A stretch of DNA of 64,000 bases from an uncultured Candidatus Saccharibacteria bacterium (GTDB lineage: Bacteria; Patescibacteriota; Minisyncoccia; Phycocordibacterales; UBA9973), in contig CAYGDG010000001.1 of assembly GCA_964348725.1 (NCBI GenBank), positions 1,898 through 65,897 on the forward strand. The letters run 5' to 3'. The notes below the pieces were generated by a model. That model was not told the origin of the DNA and made no database searches. It saw nothing but the letters and a program-made list of their open reading frames with translations. Shown one piece after another: positions 1 to 9,090 of the stretch. The first letter of the stretch is position 1. Each line of letters begins with the position of its first letter. The position numbers were made by a program, and so were the translations under genes.

Positions 1-628
1 CTGCTTTAATTGTCATCTTTTCTGTTCTTGCCACACCTGTAGTTTCAGAAGTCACAAAAGATATTCTCTGTGGTGCTACACCCGCAGATACAGTACCATC
101 AACTTTGAAAAATACTCCCGCACTTCCTTGTGTTTCTACACCATCATAAATGGTACCAAGAAATGTAAGTACATCATCACCTGCAATTGGCACAGTCGGG
201 CTTGCTAAAGTTCCCCTAGAACGCGCACCTTTGTATACTGCTCTATTTCCTGCTGTATCTGAAGAAACTAAAATTGAAGTATCTACTTGTGTATTAGAAG
301 ATATTAAAAACTGCTCGCTAGTTATAAGAGAAGCTGCTGGAACATTACCATCAGAAATATGGAGTTGAACACTCGGGTTTGTAATTCCAATACCCACATT
401 TCCAGCAGTGTAATAATTGTCAGTTCCACTCGCAGTCCATACAGAACTCACAGAACAATTCGCGGATCCCGGAGTACACGATGGATTGAGCGTTTCACCC
501 GCATAAAAACCGTCCGATCCGGGACTATCGCTGGCGATAATTTTTATATTTGTCGCCACTACAACAAAAAACACAATACACATGGCCGTAGTCGCATGAC
601 GTTTTATAATGTGTTGTAAGAATTTCAT
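1..628 (-). CDS. Partial gene (3' end lies beyond position 1). Secreted surface protein with a tail-fibre-like GNVGIGT repeat; paralogue of the 38433..39665 product.
   Basis: Manual minus-strand translation from ATG at 626-628 gives MKFLQHIIKRHATTAMCIVFFVVVATNIKIIASDSPGSDGFYAGETLNPSCTPGSANCSVSSVWTASGTDNYYTAGNVGIGITNPSVQLHIS... The roughly 40-aa block ASDSPGSDGFYAGETLNPSCTPGSANCSVSSVWTASGT is identical to the 38433 protein. It has no stop in the window, so it is absent from the ORF track. Confidence 0.55.
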   Translation of the reverse strand, partial: MKFLQHIIKRHATTAMCIVFFVVVATNIKIIASDSPGSDGFYAGETLNPSCTPGSANCSVSSVWTASGTDNYYTAGNVGIGITNPSVQLHISDGNVPAASLITSEQFLISSNTQVDTSILVSSDTAGNRAVYKGARSRGTLASPTVPIAGDDVLTFLGTIYDGVETQGSAGVFFKVDGTVSAGVAPQRISFVTSETTGVARTEKMTIKA

Positions 629-690
629 ACCGGTACTTAGTATTATATAGTATAGCAGTATTATAAGGTATATCAAGACTTGGCTTGAAA

Positions 691-3600
691 CTACACCTCC
701 TTTGCTGCTTCTATCACGATGCTTTTTTCGCCGTTGCGCACGGTGACTTTGCCGGAGACCGCGATGCATTTTTCGGCTGTGAAGAGGGCGGCGGATTTTT
801 GGTATAAGGAAGGGAAGACGACGGCTTCTATGGAGCCCGTGAAGTCGGCTATCTTGATGAATGCCATTTGTTCATTCTTTTTCGTGATGATGGGGCGACA
901 GGATTCTATGATGCCGGCGATGGTGATGGGGAAACCGTTGCTGACCTCGGCGATTATTTTTTTTATGTTCATATCGCGCTTTTCCAATTTTTCGCGGATG
1001 CGGTCCAGCGGATGCCCGGAGATATACAAGCCGAGCAATTCTTTTTCCCAGAGCAATTTTTCCGCTTGCGGAACATCCGGCGCGTCTTGCAGCTTAAAGT
1101 TCGGCAGGGAACTGCCGGAGATGCCGCCAAAAAGTGAAACTTGATTTATGTTCTGTGTGGAAGATTGTTTGTTGTATTCAAGCATATCTTCTACGTTAAA
1201 AAGTAAAGCACCGCGCTGGCCGAATTCATCCAATGCTCCGGATTTGATAAGGGCTTCCATTGATTTTTTGTTTAAGTTTTTATGCTTGATGCGATCCAGA
1301 AAATTCGTGATGTCTGTAAAATTGCCATTCGTTTTGCGTTCGGTGATGATGGCGTCCGAAATATCCGTGCCCATATTTTTAATAGTATACAAACCGAAAC
1401 GGATTTTTTCGCTGACTTCGCCATTTCTGATAACAGTAAATCCACCGTAGCTTTCATTGATGTTCGGCGGCAGTACTGGTATGTTCATCTTTTTGCACTC
1501 TTCAATAATTTCAGAAATTTTTTCCACGTCGCCGGATTCGGCCGTGAGGATGGCGGTCATGTATTCCACCGGATAGTTCGCTTTCATGTATGCAGTCTGG
1601 TAGGCCACTTTGCCGTATGAAGCCGCATGCGCTTTATTGAATCCGTACGCCTGGAATGGCTCAAAGAGCTTCCATAATTCTTCGGCGAATTTTTTGGTCT
1701 GGCCATGCTCCACGATGCCTTTGGTAAATTTATCTCGCTGAGCGGCCATCTCGGCCGGAATTTTTTTACCGACGGCTTTGCGGAATTTATCCGCTTCTTC
1801 CCAGTTGTAGCCGGCCATTTCCAATGCGCAGAAAAGCAGGTCGTCCTGGTACACGATGAGTCCATACGATTCGCCAAGGAATTTTTTCATGCGCGGATCC
1901 AGATATTTCACGAGATGCGGATTGTGCTTACGCTTGATATATTCGGGAATAGATTCCATCGGGCCGGGGCGGTACAGGGCCACCATGGCATTGATGTCAT
2001 GAATGGATGACGGGCGCAGTTCTTTCAAGTAGCGCGTCATGCCGGAGCCGTTCAACTGGAACAATCCTTCGGTCTGCCCGCTGGCGAGGAGCGCGAAAGT
2101 TTTTTTGTCGTCCAAGGGGATGCGTTCTATGTCTATATCTATATTATAAAATTTCTTTACGAGCGAAATTGCATCTCCTAAAATCGCGAGGTTCCGAATG
2201 CCGAGGAAGTCAAACTTGAGGAGCCCAGCTTCTTCCACAGAATACATATCGTACTGCGTGATGCGCTTGCCGCCTTTGGGGTCCAGCTGTATCGGCGTGT
2301 AATCCGAAATGGCAGTTGGTGCTATCACGACTCCCGCCGCGTGCACGGAGATGTGCCTGGCGCATCCTTCCATTTTTTTTGCAAGGTCAATTATTTTTTT
2401 CGTGTCCGGCTCTTTCTTATACGCTTCGGCGAGTTCGGGCACGATTTCCATGGCATGGTCCAGCGTCATCGGCATGCCTTGCGAACCCATCGGAATGAGC
2501 TTGGATAATCTGTCGCCGATGTCATACGGATAACCGAGTGAGCGAGCGACATCACGCACTGCACCGCGCGCCATCATCGTACCAAACGTTCCTATCTGCG
2601 CCACTTTATCCTCGCCGTATTTGTGCTTCGCATACTCTATCATTTCGTCGCGGCGGTTGTCGGCGTAGTCCATGTCTATATCGGGCGCGGACGGGCGGAA
2701 CGGATTCAAGAAGCGCTCAAAGGGCAATTTGTATTCTATCGGGTCCACATTCGTGATGCCGAGAAGATAGGTGACCATGGAGCCCGCCACCGAGCCTCTA
2801 ATGGTAGTCAAAATCCCGTTCTCTTTGGCGTGGCGCAGAAGGTCGCCCACCACCAGGAAGTATGGCGAGTAGCCTTTGGTAAAAATAATTTCCAGCTCGT
2901 ATTCCACGCGCTTCAGTATCTCCGGCGTTTCTTTCAAGCCGAGGCGCGCGAATCCGGCAAATGCCAGCTCGCGCAATTTTTCATCATATGATTTTCCGTC
3001 TTCAATTTTTAAGTCGGGGAAAACCCACTTGCCGAGTTCAAGTTCAATATTGCACATGTCAGCCACTTTCACCGTATTCGTCACCGCTTCCGGGCAGTCC
3101 GCAAATGCTTCCATCATTTTCTCTGCTGGCAGGAATGAAAAATCATCATTTGAAAATTCAAACTTCGCGCCTTCCTTGCCATCACCCTGCGTATTTATCT
3201 GAAGCAATGTGTGATGCGCATCGTGATCGTCACTGCACGGATAGTGCGAATCCTGCGTCGCCACTACATCCACGCCATGTTTTTTTGCCAGCTTGATAAG
3301 GGTGTCGCGTACCATCTTGTCATTTTCCACTGACGGATGATGCTGGATTTCAATAAAATAATTTTCTTTGCCGAAAATATCCTGGTGCTCTTGTACTAAT
3401 GCGTCCATTTTTTCCATATCACCTCGCAATGCCGCCTGGGACAGCTCGCCGCCGAGGCAAGCGGACAGCGCGATGATGCCTTCCGAATGTTGGCGCAAGA
3501 TTTCTTTGTCCATGCGCGGCTTATAGTAATAACCTTCCAAGTTCGCTAGCGTGACGAGCTTGATGAGGTTCTTGTACCCGATATTATTTTTCGCGAGCAG

Positions 3601-3888
3601 GATGAGGTGATAGTATCGTTTACCACTGCCCGCTTCCGCCGCACGGTCAAAGCGCGAGCCGGCGGTCACATATGCTTCCACACCGATGATGGGCTTGATG
3701 CCTTCTTTTTTCGCCAGCTTGTAGAATTCTATCGCGCCGTACATATTTCCGTGGTCGGTCACTGCCATCGCCGGCATCTTGAATTTCTTGGCGAGCGCCA
3801 CCAAATCCTCCAGCTTTGAAAGCCCGTCAAGCAGGGAATAGTGGCTATGCGTATGCAAGTGGACGAATGTGCTCATGATTTTATTCAT
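691..3888 (-). CDS. dnaE: DNA polymerase III alpha subunit (PHP domain plus polymerase core)
   Basis: ORF 691..3936. N-terminus MSTFVHLHTHSHYSLLDGLSKLEDLVALAKKFKMPAMAVTDHGNMYGAIEFYK is the PHP domain. Length 1065-1081 aa fits DnaE. The likely true start is the internal MNKIM/MSTF methionine at about 3876-3888. Confidence 0.9.
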   Translation of the reverse strand: MNKIMSTFVHLHTHSHYSLLDGLSKLEDLVALAKKFKMPAMAVTDHGNMYGAIEFYKLAKKEGIKPIIGVEAYVTAGSRFDRAAEAGSGKRYYHLILLAKNNIGYKNLIKLVTLANLEGYYYKPRMDKEILRQHSEGIIALSACLGGELSQAALRGDMEKMDALVQEHQDIFGKENYFIEIQHHPSVENDKMVRDTLIKLAKKHGVDVVATQDSHYPCSDDHDAHHTLLQINTQGDGKEGAKFEFSNDDFSFLPAEKMMEAFADCPEAVTNTVKVADMCNIELELGKWVFPDLKIEDGKSYDEKLRELAFAGFARLGLKETPEILKRVEYELEIIFTKGYSPYFLVVGDLLRHAKENGILTTIRGSVAGSMVTYLLGITNVDPIEYKLPFERFLNPFRPSAPDIDMDYADNRRDEMIEYAKHKYGEDKVAQIGTFGTMMARGAVRDVARSLGYPYDIGDRLSKLIPMGSQGMPMTLDHAMEIVPELAEAYKKEPDTKKIIDLAKKMEGCARHISVHAAGVVIAPTAISDYTPIQLDPKGGKRITQYDMYSVEEAGLLKFDFLGIRNLAILGDAISLVKKFYNIDIDIERIPLDDKKTFALLASGQTEGLFQLNGSGMTRYLKELRPSSIHDINAMVALYRPGPMESIPEYIKRKHNPHLVKYLDPRMKKFLGESYGLIVYQDDLLFCALEMAGYNWEEADKFRKAVGKKIPAEMAAQRDKFTKGIVEHGQTKKFAEELWKLFEPFQAYGFNKAHAASYGKVAYQTAYMKANYPVEYMTAILTAESGDVEKISEIIEECKKMNIPVLPPNINESYGGFTVIRNGEVSEKIRFGLYTIKNMGTDISDAIITERKTNGNFTDITNFLDRIKHKNLNKKSMEALIKSGALDEFGQRGALLFNVEDMLEYNKQSSTQNINQVSLFGGISGSSLPNFKLQDAPDVPQAEKLLWEKELLGLYISGHPLDRIREKLEKRDMNIKKIIAEVSNGFPITIAGIIESCRPIITKKNEQMAFIKIADFTGSIEAVVFPSLYQKSAALFTAEKCIAVSGKVTVRNGEKSIVIEAAKEV

Positions 3889-3909
3889 GTATAATAGCAC
3901 ATAAGACCG

Positions 3910-4530
3910 ATGCCTAAAAATCTGAAAAGCCAGCAAAAAAATAGAGTAAAAATCGGCATAGACGAAGCCGGCCGCGGACCGCTTGCCGGACCTGTCGCCG
4001 TGGGCGCATTTCTTTTCCGCGCGGGGCTCACCAGCGAAATAAAAAAAATGCCCATTCCGCTCCGCGATTCAAAAAAGCTCACCGAAATACAGCGCGAAAT
4101 CTGGTTTGCAAAAATTCTAGAGTGGCAAAAAGAAGGCAAGGCGGATTTTTCCGTATCTTTCGCCGCCGCGAGTGCCATAGACAAAATCGGCATTTCACAA
4201 TGCATCAAAAATTCTCTCGCGAAATCTTTGGAGAAAATATATATGAAAGACTGCATAATACTTTTGGACGGGGGACTGAAAGCGCCAGAGAAATACAAAA
4301 ATCAGAAGACAATCATCAAAGGGGACGAGAAAGAGCCTGCCATATCCCTTGCTTCTATTTGCGTGAAAGTCCTCCGCGACCGACTCATGAAGAAATACGC
4401 CAAAAAGTTCCCAAACTATGGCCTGGAAAAGCACAAAGGCTACGGCACGGCAAAACACTATGAAAATATAAGGCTTTTTGGCGTTTGCTCACTTCATAGA
4501 AAGAGTTATCTCAAAGCCCTTGACTTTTAA
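3910..4530 (+). CDS. rnhB: Ribonuclease HII
   Basis: IGIDEAGRGPLAGPVAVGAF catalytic motif; 206 aa. Confidence 0.9.
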   Translation: MPKNLKSQQKNRVKIGIDEAGRGPLAGPVAVGAFLFRAGLTSEIKKMPIPLRDSKKLTEIQREIWFAKILEWQKEGKADFSVSFAAASAIDKIGISQCIKNSLAKSLEKIYMKDCIILLDGGLKAPEKYKNQKTIIKGDEKEPAISLASICVKVLRDRLMKKYAKKFPNYGLEKHKGYGTAKHYENIRLFGVCSLHRKSYLKALDF

Positions 4531-4608
4531 TGTTATTGGGTGTATAATGAACTGGTAAATAGTCCTGATTTTAAACCATTTAAATTCACATAAAAACTAA
4601 ATATTGAT

Positions 4609-5244
4609 ATGAAAAAAAGAAAAGTACTTCTGGCGATTGCGATCGTCAGCTTCCTGGCGCCGGGAGTCACCTGGGCACAAGAGAGTGCAGCACCTGCACA
4701 GCAAACTGTTCCTCAAAATCCGGAACAAGCTGTGGAAACTAACGAAGGAGGTGCGGTGTTGAAAGTCACGGTCGGTGCAGGCTATGATCTGCGCCGTGAT
4801 GCGTTGCTGTTGGCCGGATGGACTCTCATGACTGAAGAAGATCTGCAACGTGCGAGGTTGATGCTCTCTTTTTCTTTCCCAACGACCTCTTTCGCAGCCA
4901 CTATAGCGGTCTCGCCATTTAATGGCAGGTTTGGAAATTGTCTGCAGATCGGCGCGGAAGTGGCATACTTTTATAAATCTAATATAAGAGTAAAAATTTT
5001 CTCTAAGCATTTGGCACCATCTGACACTGCCTTTAGCGATCCCAAAGCTTCTTGGAACACAACAATGGCATATTCTTTGCCATTCATAGGGGTTTCTATT
5101 CCCTTTGGAAGTCGAGTATCTCTTGTTGTTCAAAGCAATACGTTTTGGTATCTGGCCTGGGTGCGTTATGGGTACAAAGATTGGTCAGGATCACGCGAAT
5201 GGGGAAGTGTGCACGGAAGCCTTACTTTTCGTTTGAGCGAATAA
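4609..5244 (+). CDS. Secreted hypothetical protein with an N-terminal signal peptide
   Basis: MKKRKVLLAIAIVSFLAPGVTWAQESAAPAQQ signal peptide. No recognisable catalytic motif. Confidence 0.5.
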   Translation: MKKRKVLLAIAIVSFLAPGVTWAQESAAPAQQTVPQNPEQAVETNEGGAVLKVTVGAGYDLRRDALLLAGWTLMTEEDLQRARLMLSFSFPTTSFAATIAVSPFNGRFGNCLQIGAEVAYFYKSNIRVKIFSKHLAPSDTAFSDPKASWNTTMAYSLPFIGVSIPFGSRVSLVVQSNTFWYLAWVRYGYKDWSGSREWGSVHGSLTFRLSE

Positions 5245-5252
5245 ATGTAAAT

Positions 5253-5290
5253 AAAAGAGTGAACAAAAAAAAATTGTTCACTCTTTTTTA
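5253..5290. terminator. Bidirectional rho-independent terminator between convergent genes
   Basis: Hairpin agagtgaac-(a9tt)-gttcactct followed by a T6 tract. It sits between the stop at 5244 (+) and the stop at 5291 (-). Confidence 0.55.
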
Positions 5291-5968
5291 TTACAAATTT
5301 ACAGCGAGGTATGAACCGATCATTGCCGCCGTCTCGCCGCGGAGGGTAAGCGGGCCGAGAGATGCGACAGAGAAACTTTTTTCTTTCGAGAGGGTGAGCT
5401 CTTCTTCGCTCCATCCGCCTTCGGGGCCGATCCAGATATTCATATTTTTTGTACCTGATTTTTCAAATTTCGTTCCCGACATATGGAATAAAATATTTTC
5501 GCCGGTAGTTGCCTCGAGCGCATTTTTAAAATCCCTCGGCTCGGAAATTTCCGGCACGGAATTTCTGCCGCTCTGCTCCGCCGCTTCTTTGGCGATTTTT
5601 CGCAGACGCTCCATATTGAGTCCGGTTTTTATGGTGCGAGCGGTGAGGATGGGGATTATTTTTGATACGCCACATTCGGTTGCTTTCTGCACGACGAGTT
5701 CAAAATTTTCTTTTTTCAATATGGCGCAATATAAGGACACTTCGCGTTCAAGTTTTGCTTCTTCTCGGGATTCTACGCGTATTTTCACAGCAGCACCTAC
5801 TATTTCTATTATTTCAGCCAAAGCGGATTTGCCTTTGCCATCCGAAAGTTCTATTTTTTCACCCGGCTCAAGACGCAGGATTTTGGCCATCTGGCGGCCT
5901 TCTTCACCGCCTATTTCGAGCGTATTTTGGGCTAAATCGAAATCCCCAATAAATCGGTGTATTTTCAT
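5291..5968 (-). CDS. rsmE: 16S rRNA (uracil1498-N3)-methyltransferase, RsmE family
   Basis: MKIHRFIGDF... N-terminus and the NIWIGPEGGWSEEEL motif are typical of RsmE; 225 aa. Confidence 0.8.
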   Translation of the reverse strand: MKIHRFIGDFDLAQNTLEIGGEEGRQMAKILRLEPGEKIELSDGKGKSALAEIIEIVGAAVKIRVESREEAKLEREVSLYCAILKKENFELVVQKATECGVSKIIPILTARTIKTGLNMERLRKIAKEAAEQSGRNSVPEISEPRDFKNALEATTGENILFHMSGTKFEKSGTKNMNIWIGPEGGWSEEELTLSKEKSFSVASLGPLTLRGETAAMIGSYLAVNL

Positions 5969-6015
5969 ACAAATATCCTAGCATATGTATTGGCATTTCT
6001 GGTATACTATAGGGT

Positions 6016-7065
6016 ATGGAGAATAAGAAAATCAGAGTGGCAATAAACGGATTCGGGCGCATCGGGCGAGCTTTCTTGAAAGTGGCTTGGGAGCGCGAAG
6101 AGATAGAAGTGGTAGCGGCGAATGATCTTGGCGACCATGAGAACATGGCATATCTTTTAAAATATGACACGGTGTACGGAAAATGGAATCACGAAGTCAA
6201 AGCGGAAGCTGATGGCTTGGTAATCGACGGCAAGAAGGTGTTGATGTATGCCGAAAAAGATCCGGCTATGCTGCCATGGGGCAAGCTCGATATCGATGTG
6301 GTCATCGAATCGACTGGTTTCTTTACCGCATATGACAAAGCGAATGCGCATATCACGGCGGGAGCAAAGAAAGTAGTCATCTCCGCGCCGGCAAAAGAAA
6401 GCACAGAAGCCGGCATTCCGGGCTTGCCCGCCGTGGTGGGCGCGACTATTTTACTGGGAGTGAACGAAAATAAATTTGGTACCTGCCCGCTCACTTCAAA
6501 TGCGTCATGTACTACAAATGCGGCCAGTCCTCTCATCGCGATTTTGGATGAAGCTATTGGAATTGAAAAAGCGATCTTGAATACCGTGCACGGATATACT
6601 GCCACGCAGTCCCTCGTAGACGGCCCTGCCGGTAAGAAAGGCTTTCGTGAAGGACGCGCCGCGGCGCAGAACATTGTGCCGACATCGACTGGTGCGGCCA
6701 TTGCCGTGACCAAGGCATTCCCATCACTCGAAGGACTTTTTGACGGTGTGTCCATCCGCGTGCCGGTGCCTGCCGGATCGATCGTAGACATCACTTTCAT
6801 CGCCAAGAAAAATACGAGTGCCGAAGAAGTGAATGACATCCTGCGTAAAGCAGCCAAAGAGGCCCGATGGCAGAGAATTTTTGCCGCTACTGACGAACCG
6901 CTTGTATCTTCCGACATTCTCGGAGAATCCCACGCATCCATCGCACAGCTTGATCTTACCCGTGTCATCGGGGGGAATCTGGTGAAAGTGATGGGTTGGT
7001 ATGATAATGAGATGGGGTACACCCACACACTCGTCGATCATGCCATAAAGACGGGAAGGGCATAA
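6016..7065 (+). CDS. gap: Glyceraldehyde-3-phosphate dehydrogenase
   Basis: IRVAINGFGRIGR Rossmann N-terminus and SNASCTTNAASPL active-site Cys motif; 349 aa. Confidence 0.9.
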   Translation: MENKKIRVAINGFGRIGRAFLKVAWEREEIEVVAANDLGDHENMAYLLKYDTVYGKWNHEVKAEADGLVIDGKKVLMYAEKDPAMLPWGKLDIDVVIESTGFFTAYDKANAHITAGAKKVVISAPAKESTEAGIPGLPAVVGATILLGVNENKFGTCPLTSNASCTTNAASPLIAILDEAIGIEKAILNTVHGYTATQSLVDGPAGKKGFREGRAAAQNIVPTSTGAAIAVTKAFPSLEGLFDGVSIRVPVPAGSIVDITFIAKKNTSAEEVNDILRKAAKEARWQRIFAATDEPLVSSDILGESHASIAQLDLTRVIGGNLVKVMGWYDNEMGYTHTLVDHAIKTGRA

Positions 7066-7067
7066 AT

Positions 7068-7511
7068 ATGAAAATTTACATCGCAAGCGATCACGCCGGA
7101 TACGAGCTCAAAGAGAAGCTGAAGCTGTACCTGCACGGCCCGAACCAGGATGTCCGCGATTTCGGCGCGTATGTAAATAATCCGGATGATGATTATCCCG
7201 ATTTCGTAAAACCGCTGGCAGTGGCAGTGGCAACTACATCTGACAGCTGTGGCATCGTCATTGGCGGCTCGGGCGAAGGCGAAGCGATATGCGCGAATCG
7301 CGCGCCGAATGTCCGCGCCTGCCAATTCTACGGCGGCAATCTCGATGTCGTCAAAGTGGCGCGCGAGCACAATAATGCGAATGTGCTTTCCCTCGGTGCG
7401 CGATTTATCACTGAAGAAGAAGCGCGCAAAGCAGTCGATATTTTCCTGACTACCGCATTTTCCGGTGACGAGCGGCACAAGCGCCGTATCGAGAAGCTCG
7501 ACATCCTGTAA
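7068..7511 (+). CDS. rpiB: Ribose-5-phosphate isomerase B (RpiB/LacAB family)
   Basis: MKIYIASDHAGYELKEKL... and GIVIGGSGEGEAICANR are typical of RpiB; 147 aa. Confidence 0.85.
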   Translation: MKIYIASDHAGYELKEKLKLYLHGPNQDVRDFGAYVNNPDDDYPDFVKPLAVAVATTSDSCGIVIGGSGEGEAICANRAPNVRACQFYGGNLDVVKVAREHNNANVLSLGARFITEEEARKAVDIFLTTAFSGDERHKRRIEKLDIL

Positions 7512-7514
7512 ATT

Positions 7515-8219
7515 ATGGCTGAAATAATCCCGGCAATCCTGCCAAAAAATTATGAAGATATGAAGAATAAGATCGCACTCGTGCGCGGGATCGTTCCTGT
7601 GGTGCAGATAGATTTTTGCGATGGCGTTTTTGTAAATACTCGTACGTGGCCATATTCGACCGGCGGCAATGAAGATTATTATTTCCGCAAGATCATGGAT
7701 GAGGAAGAAGGAATGCCGTTCTGGGAAGATATCGATTTTGAACTCGACCTGATGGTACGGGATGCAGTGGAGAATTTCGATATTTACATGAAGCTTGGCC
7801 CGAAGCGGATGGTTTTTCATATCGAGGCTGTAGGTGATTTGGAGGAATTCCGCAATTTTGTGGAAGGACTTGATATGTATGTGCGTGAAAATGTGCAGAT
7901 CGGTGCCGCGATACAAATAGGCACGCCTACAGAAAATATTTTTCCGATCGTGCCGCATCTCGATTTCGTCCAATGTATGGGTGCTGAAAGCATCGGCCGC
8001 CAAGGGCAGCCTTCGGATGATCGCGTGCTTGAAAAAATAAGAACGCTCGCTGAAAAATTTCCTGGCCTTGAGATATCCGTGGACGGGGGAGTAAATATGG
8101 AAACTGCGTCCGACCTCGTAGCGGCCGGAGCCACCCGTCTTGTCGTCGGCTCGGCGATATTCCGTACGGATGATATAATTGGAGCGATAGAGAACTTGCG
8201 CGATGCAAGTGAGCAGTAA
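7515..8219 (+). CDS. rpe: Ribulose-phosphate 3-epimerase-like (TIM barrel)
   Basis: The IPAILP..., VQIDFCDGVFV and ISVDGGVN...RLVVGSAIF pattern matches the Rpe family. It follows rpiB and precedes transketolase. Confidence 0.65.
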   Translation: MAEIIPAILPKNYEDMKNKIALVRGIVPVVQIDFCDGVFVNTRTWPYSTGGNEDYYFRKIMDEEEGMPFWEDIDFELDLMVRDAVENFDIYMKLGPKRMVFHIEAVGDLEEFRNFVEGLDMYVRENVQIGAAIQIGTPTENIFPIVPHLDFVQCMGAESIGRQGQPSDDRVLEKIRTLAEKFPGLEISVDGGVNMETASDLVAAGATRLVVGSAIFRTDDIIGAIENLRDASEQ

Positions 8220-8227
8220 GAATACAA

Positions 8228-9088
8228 ATGCTTAATGACCAAAAAATAAAAGAACTCGAATATAAGGCGAACGATATTCGAAAGAGCATTATTGAAATGC
8301 TTGTGGAAGCTGGTAGCGGACACACTGCCGGTCCGCTCGGCATGACGGACATCTTTACTTTTTTCTATTTTCACGCGCTCAAGCACGATCCGAAAAATCC
8401 CGAATGGCCGGAGCGCGACCGCGTCATACTTTCAAACGGGCACATCTGCCCGGTGCTGTATGCCACCATGGCGCATGCCGGTTATTTTCCGGTGGAAGAA
8501 TTAAAGACGCTCCGCAAATGGGGTAGCCGTTTACAGGGGCATCCGCACCGCGAATACTTGCCGATGGTGGAGAATTCATCCGGACCGCTCGGTTCTGGTC
8601 TTTCGCAGGCCGTGGGTATGGCGCTTGCTGATAAGATAGACGGAAAAGACAAAGATAGATTTATTTATGCTTTTCTTTCGGATGGTGAGCACAATGAGGG
8701 TAATACATGGGAGGCTATACTATTAGCGGGAAAAAACAAACTTCGGAATCTTATCGCCATCATAGACAGGAATAATATTCAGATAGACGGCAATACGGAG
8801 GACATCATGCCGCTCGAGAATTTTGCGGATAAATATCGCGCTTTCAATTGGCATGTCATTGAATGCTCCGGTCATAATTTTATCGCTTTGCAGCAAGCGC
8901 TCGATGAAGCACAGGCAGTGGCTGAGAAGCCATCCGTCATCATCGCGCATACGATTCCCGGCAAAGGCGTGCATGAATTCGAGCGAGATTACAAATGGCA
9001 CGGCAAGCCGCCGACGAAAGAAGAAGCTGTTATGGCTTTGAAAGAACTCCGCACGCTTGGCGGCAAAATTACAAGCGAACACGAATAA
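8228..9088 (+). CDS. tktA: Transketolase, N-terminal (TPP pyrophosphate-binding) subunit of a split transketolase
   Basis: GSGHTAGPLGMTDIFTFFYFHAL and GHPHREY motifs; 286 aa. The stop at 9088 is followed immediately by the C-terminal subunit gene. Confidence 0.85.
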   Translation: MLNDQKIKELEYKANDIRKSIIEMLVEAGSGHTAGPLGMTDIFTFFYFHALKHDPKNPEWPERDRVILSNGHICPVLYATMAHAGYFPVEELKTLRKWGSRLQGHPHREYLPMVENSSGPLGSGLSQAVGMALADKIDGKDKDRFIYAFLSDGEHNEGNTWEAILLAGKNKLRNLIAIIDRNNIQIDGNTEDIMPLENFADKYRAFNWHVIECSGHNFIALQQALDEAQAVAEKPSVIIAHTIPGKGVHEFERDYKWHGKPPTKEEAVMALKELRTLGGKITSEHE

Positions 9089-9090
9089 AT

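Noticed and set aside
719-3819. Multiple 60-140 aa ORFs on the + strand overlapping dnaE (719..1144, 1282..1620, 1705..2010, 2623..2991, 2961..3296 and others)
   Set aside because: All are antisense to a confidently identified 1065-aa DnaE. They have low-complexity or Arg/Ser-rich translations typical of the GC-rich antisense frame, and no motifs.
5052-5981. 309-aa ORF on the + strand
   Set aside because: Completely antisense to rsmE, which has clear family motifs. The translation is Ser/Phe/Arg-rich with no motif. It is a shadow ORF.
6189-7028. 279-aa ORF on the - strand
   Set aside because: Antisense to gap (GAPDH), whose identity is unambiguous.
7038-8003. 321-aa ORF on the - strand
   Set aside because: Antisense to the rpiB and rpe genes. 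There is no supporting motif, and the pentose-phosphate genes on the + strand are well supported.
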